DNA of 64,000 bases from Lama guanicoe (Eukaryota), in the NCBI GenBank assembly GCA_013239625.1, contig MU053594.1:646355-710354 (forward strand), written 5' to 3'. Position numbers and translations under genes: made by a program. Numbering within the stretch: the first letter of the stretch is position 1; every line of letters starts with the position of its first letter. The notes beneath the pieces were generated by a model, which worked only from the letters and a program-made list of their open reading frames with translations, searched no databases and had not been told where the DNA came from. Of the stretch, positions 61,820 through 64,000 are shown in pieces.

Positions 61820-62200
61820 CTGTTCCAGGCACTGCATACATGTTCTATCCAAACCCAAGAACTCTGGAGGTAGGGATGGTTGCTCCCATTTTACAGAGAG
61901 GAAACTGAGGCTCCGGGAAGCTAGGTAACTTTCCCTCAAGCCACGTTTAGCAAGTGAAGGCGTTATTTTACACACAGAAGGATTTAAAATCCAGGCTGGG
62001 GGCAAATTCCGACTCTTCAACCTACCTGCTATGTGATCCCAGGTAAGAAGTACTTATTGCCTTTACATCTTAGTTTCCTTCCCCATAAAGTGGAGATAAC
62101 ACCCACCTCACAGGGCCTTTGTGAGGCTTAAATGGGTCGAATCTTTAGACACTTGTTACAATGCCCGGCGCAGAATGAATGCTCTACGGGTGACTTATTT
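61820..62200. mobile_element. Two back-to-back MIR SINEs (- then +)
   Basis: cccattttacagagaggaaactgaggctc (-) followed by ttagtttccttccccataaagtggagataac...gtgaggcttaaatg (+). Confidence 0.7.
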
Positions 62201-64000
62201 ATTCTCTCTCTACAGGCTGGGCAGTCGCCTTGGGAAAAGGAATGACTTGTAAATGTTTTCTTCACCTCCAATTACTCTCTCCTCTTATGGGGATTTCTGA
62301 AGTGCCCGTATTTTCAAGGCATTTAGAAAAGGAGACTTTTTGCTGACAAAATCATGGAGGATTAAACGTCATCTGGTCTTAGCACACTTCAGGTGGTAAT
62401 GTCTTCCTCGGTTCTCCAAACTGGGAAGCTCTTGTTCTAACAAATCTTCAGGGAAGTGCCTACAATAGCACATCCTGCCTGGTTGCCACATGTCCTGCCT
62501 CTTCTCGTCATTTCCTCCTCCCAGCATCTAACCTCCATCCTGCCTGGCTTCCCACTAGAACCACCGGCACCTCCTAGTCTAGGACAGCTGTTTACCACCC
62601 ATGACCTGGCACCTCTGCTGTGGCTTCGAGGTGGTTATTAAGTTCCATCTCGGTCATGTCTCTTTAGGATGGACAATCCCACTGCCGGTGGGCCCAGCAG
62701 ACCACCTTTCTGGAAGAAGCCGTGATCCTGAGGGTGGTTAGGACGGCGCTAGCGGCTCTTGGCACAGGGAGATGAGCCCCTTCCTCAACATGTAGACAGT
62801 TTTCCCCAGGCTGCCTGGGAGCCCTGTGTGGTAGTGTGTGTTGGAGGCGATCAGACTAGGGAGGGTGGGCTCCACACTAGAGATGGAGACACTGGGGTGT
62901 AAAACATCTCTCTCCACCTGCCAGAGGAGCGCACTTCTCGGGTGCAGCCAGCCCCTCCTTCAAAGCAGAGAGACGATTGCTCTTGGCAGGCTCTCTGAGG
63001 CAAAGATAATAATATAATTTGACTCTCCCCACTCTTCAGGGAAGAGATTACACGTATAATAGCCATTTTCAAGAACCTGGAAGGAGGAGGCACCCGAACT
63101 TCACATCAGAGGAGACAAGTCTGCTGGTTATGTACATAGGCAGCCTTTCCCGTTTTGAAAGCTCTACTGAATTCTCTCCGAAAACAGCAAATTTTGCAGC
63201 CTCTAATTTTCTTCTCTGTGTTGTGTTTAGCATCAAGCCTAAGAGATCCCTGTGCCGTTCAGTCACCTCTTGAAGTGTGTTTGTTTGCAGGATGGCACTG
63301 AGTGGGCAGGTCCCAGCCTCTGTAATGTGGCCTGTCACTTGCCTGCCACCCGGGGACAGTGCCAAGGCACCGTCACCACGTACTCCAGTGAGCTTTCTCC
63401 AGCCCCATGCGGTGCGCTGGTCCCAGAGTGAGACTCTCAGGGTTACTGACTTCCCTCCGGCCCCTCAAAGAACCAAGTATCTGTCTTGGTTCCAGGAGCA
63501 GGATTCTTAATGCCAGCCAAGGGCTCTCTCTCTTTGTGAAGAACCATTTGTTTGGGTGTGTTGAACAAACTCTCTCAGGAGGAGGACGATTTCCTGTCTT
63601 TCCTACGTGGCCCAGAAAACGTCCAAGCTCTGATTGCTTAAAGGTCACATGCTTACCCTTTCCCAGGCCCCCCAAATGTAACTCAACTGACGTCAGAGTC
63701 AGCGCCCTCAGTCTCAGGATGGAGCCTGGAAATCTCTTACATCTGTGCAGCACTTGCAATTCCTAGTGCCTTTCCCTCCAGAACTTCATTTAATCTTCAC
63801 AGCAATGTTGGAGCTAGGTTGGACAGGTATTTGTCTAGCTTTTCCAAAAGCTCAGAGAGGTTAAGAGATTTAGCCAAAGTCACACAGCTGCCAGCTAGCA
63901 GGGTAGGACCCTAAGTCTTTAGAACTTTGGTCTGAGATTCTTGGCATTCACTACACCGTGCAGGTCCTGCCTCACCCCGAAACAGCCACGTGATTGTTCT

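Noticed and set aside
50750..64000. Expected TTC12 terminal exons upstream of ANKK1
   Set aside because: No TTC12-like peptide was found in the ORF track. The gene probably lies beyond the window.

Overview
This window is mammalian genomic DNA, very likely from a camelid, because it carries three Vic-1-type tRNA-derived SINEs. It covers the DRD2-ANKK1 part of the NCAM1-TTC12-ANKK1-DRD2 cluster. On the + strand lie the 3' ~18 kb of DRD2 intron 1 and all seven coding exons of an intact dopamine D2 receptor (1332 nt, 443 aa, long isoform; exon 6 is the 87-nt D2L/D2S cassette), with a polyA signal at 31947. On the - strand, convergent with DRD2, all eight ANKK1 exons can be placed, but the gene looks inactivated. 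It has no ATG at the expected start, a -1 frameshift and a GT>GA donor loss in exon 1, a -1 frameshift with premature stop in exon 5, a +1 frameshift in exon 8, and radical missense changes at conserved kinase and ankyrin positions. ANKK1 intron 1 holds a 5'-truncated ANP32B processed pseudogene inserted into an L2 element. The rest is transposable elements (MIR, L2, L1, MLT1, MER5A/MER3-like, two ERV1-like LTRs, one a complete solo LTR with a 4-bp TSD), candidate regulatory motifs and two N-gaps whose flanks look duplicated. Comparisons with human or other orthologues are from memory of those sequences, not from a search. Repeat boundaries are approximate.
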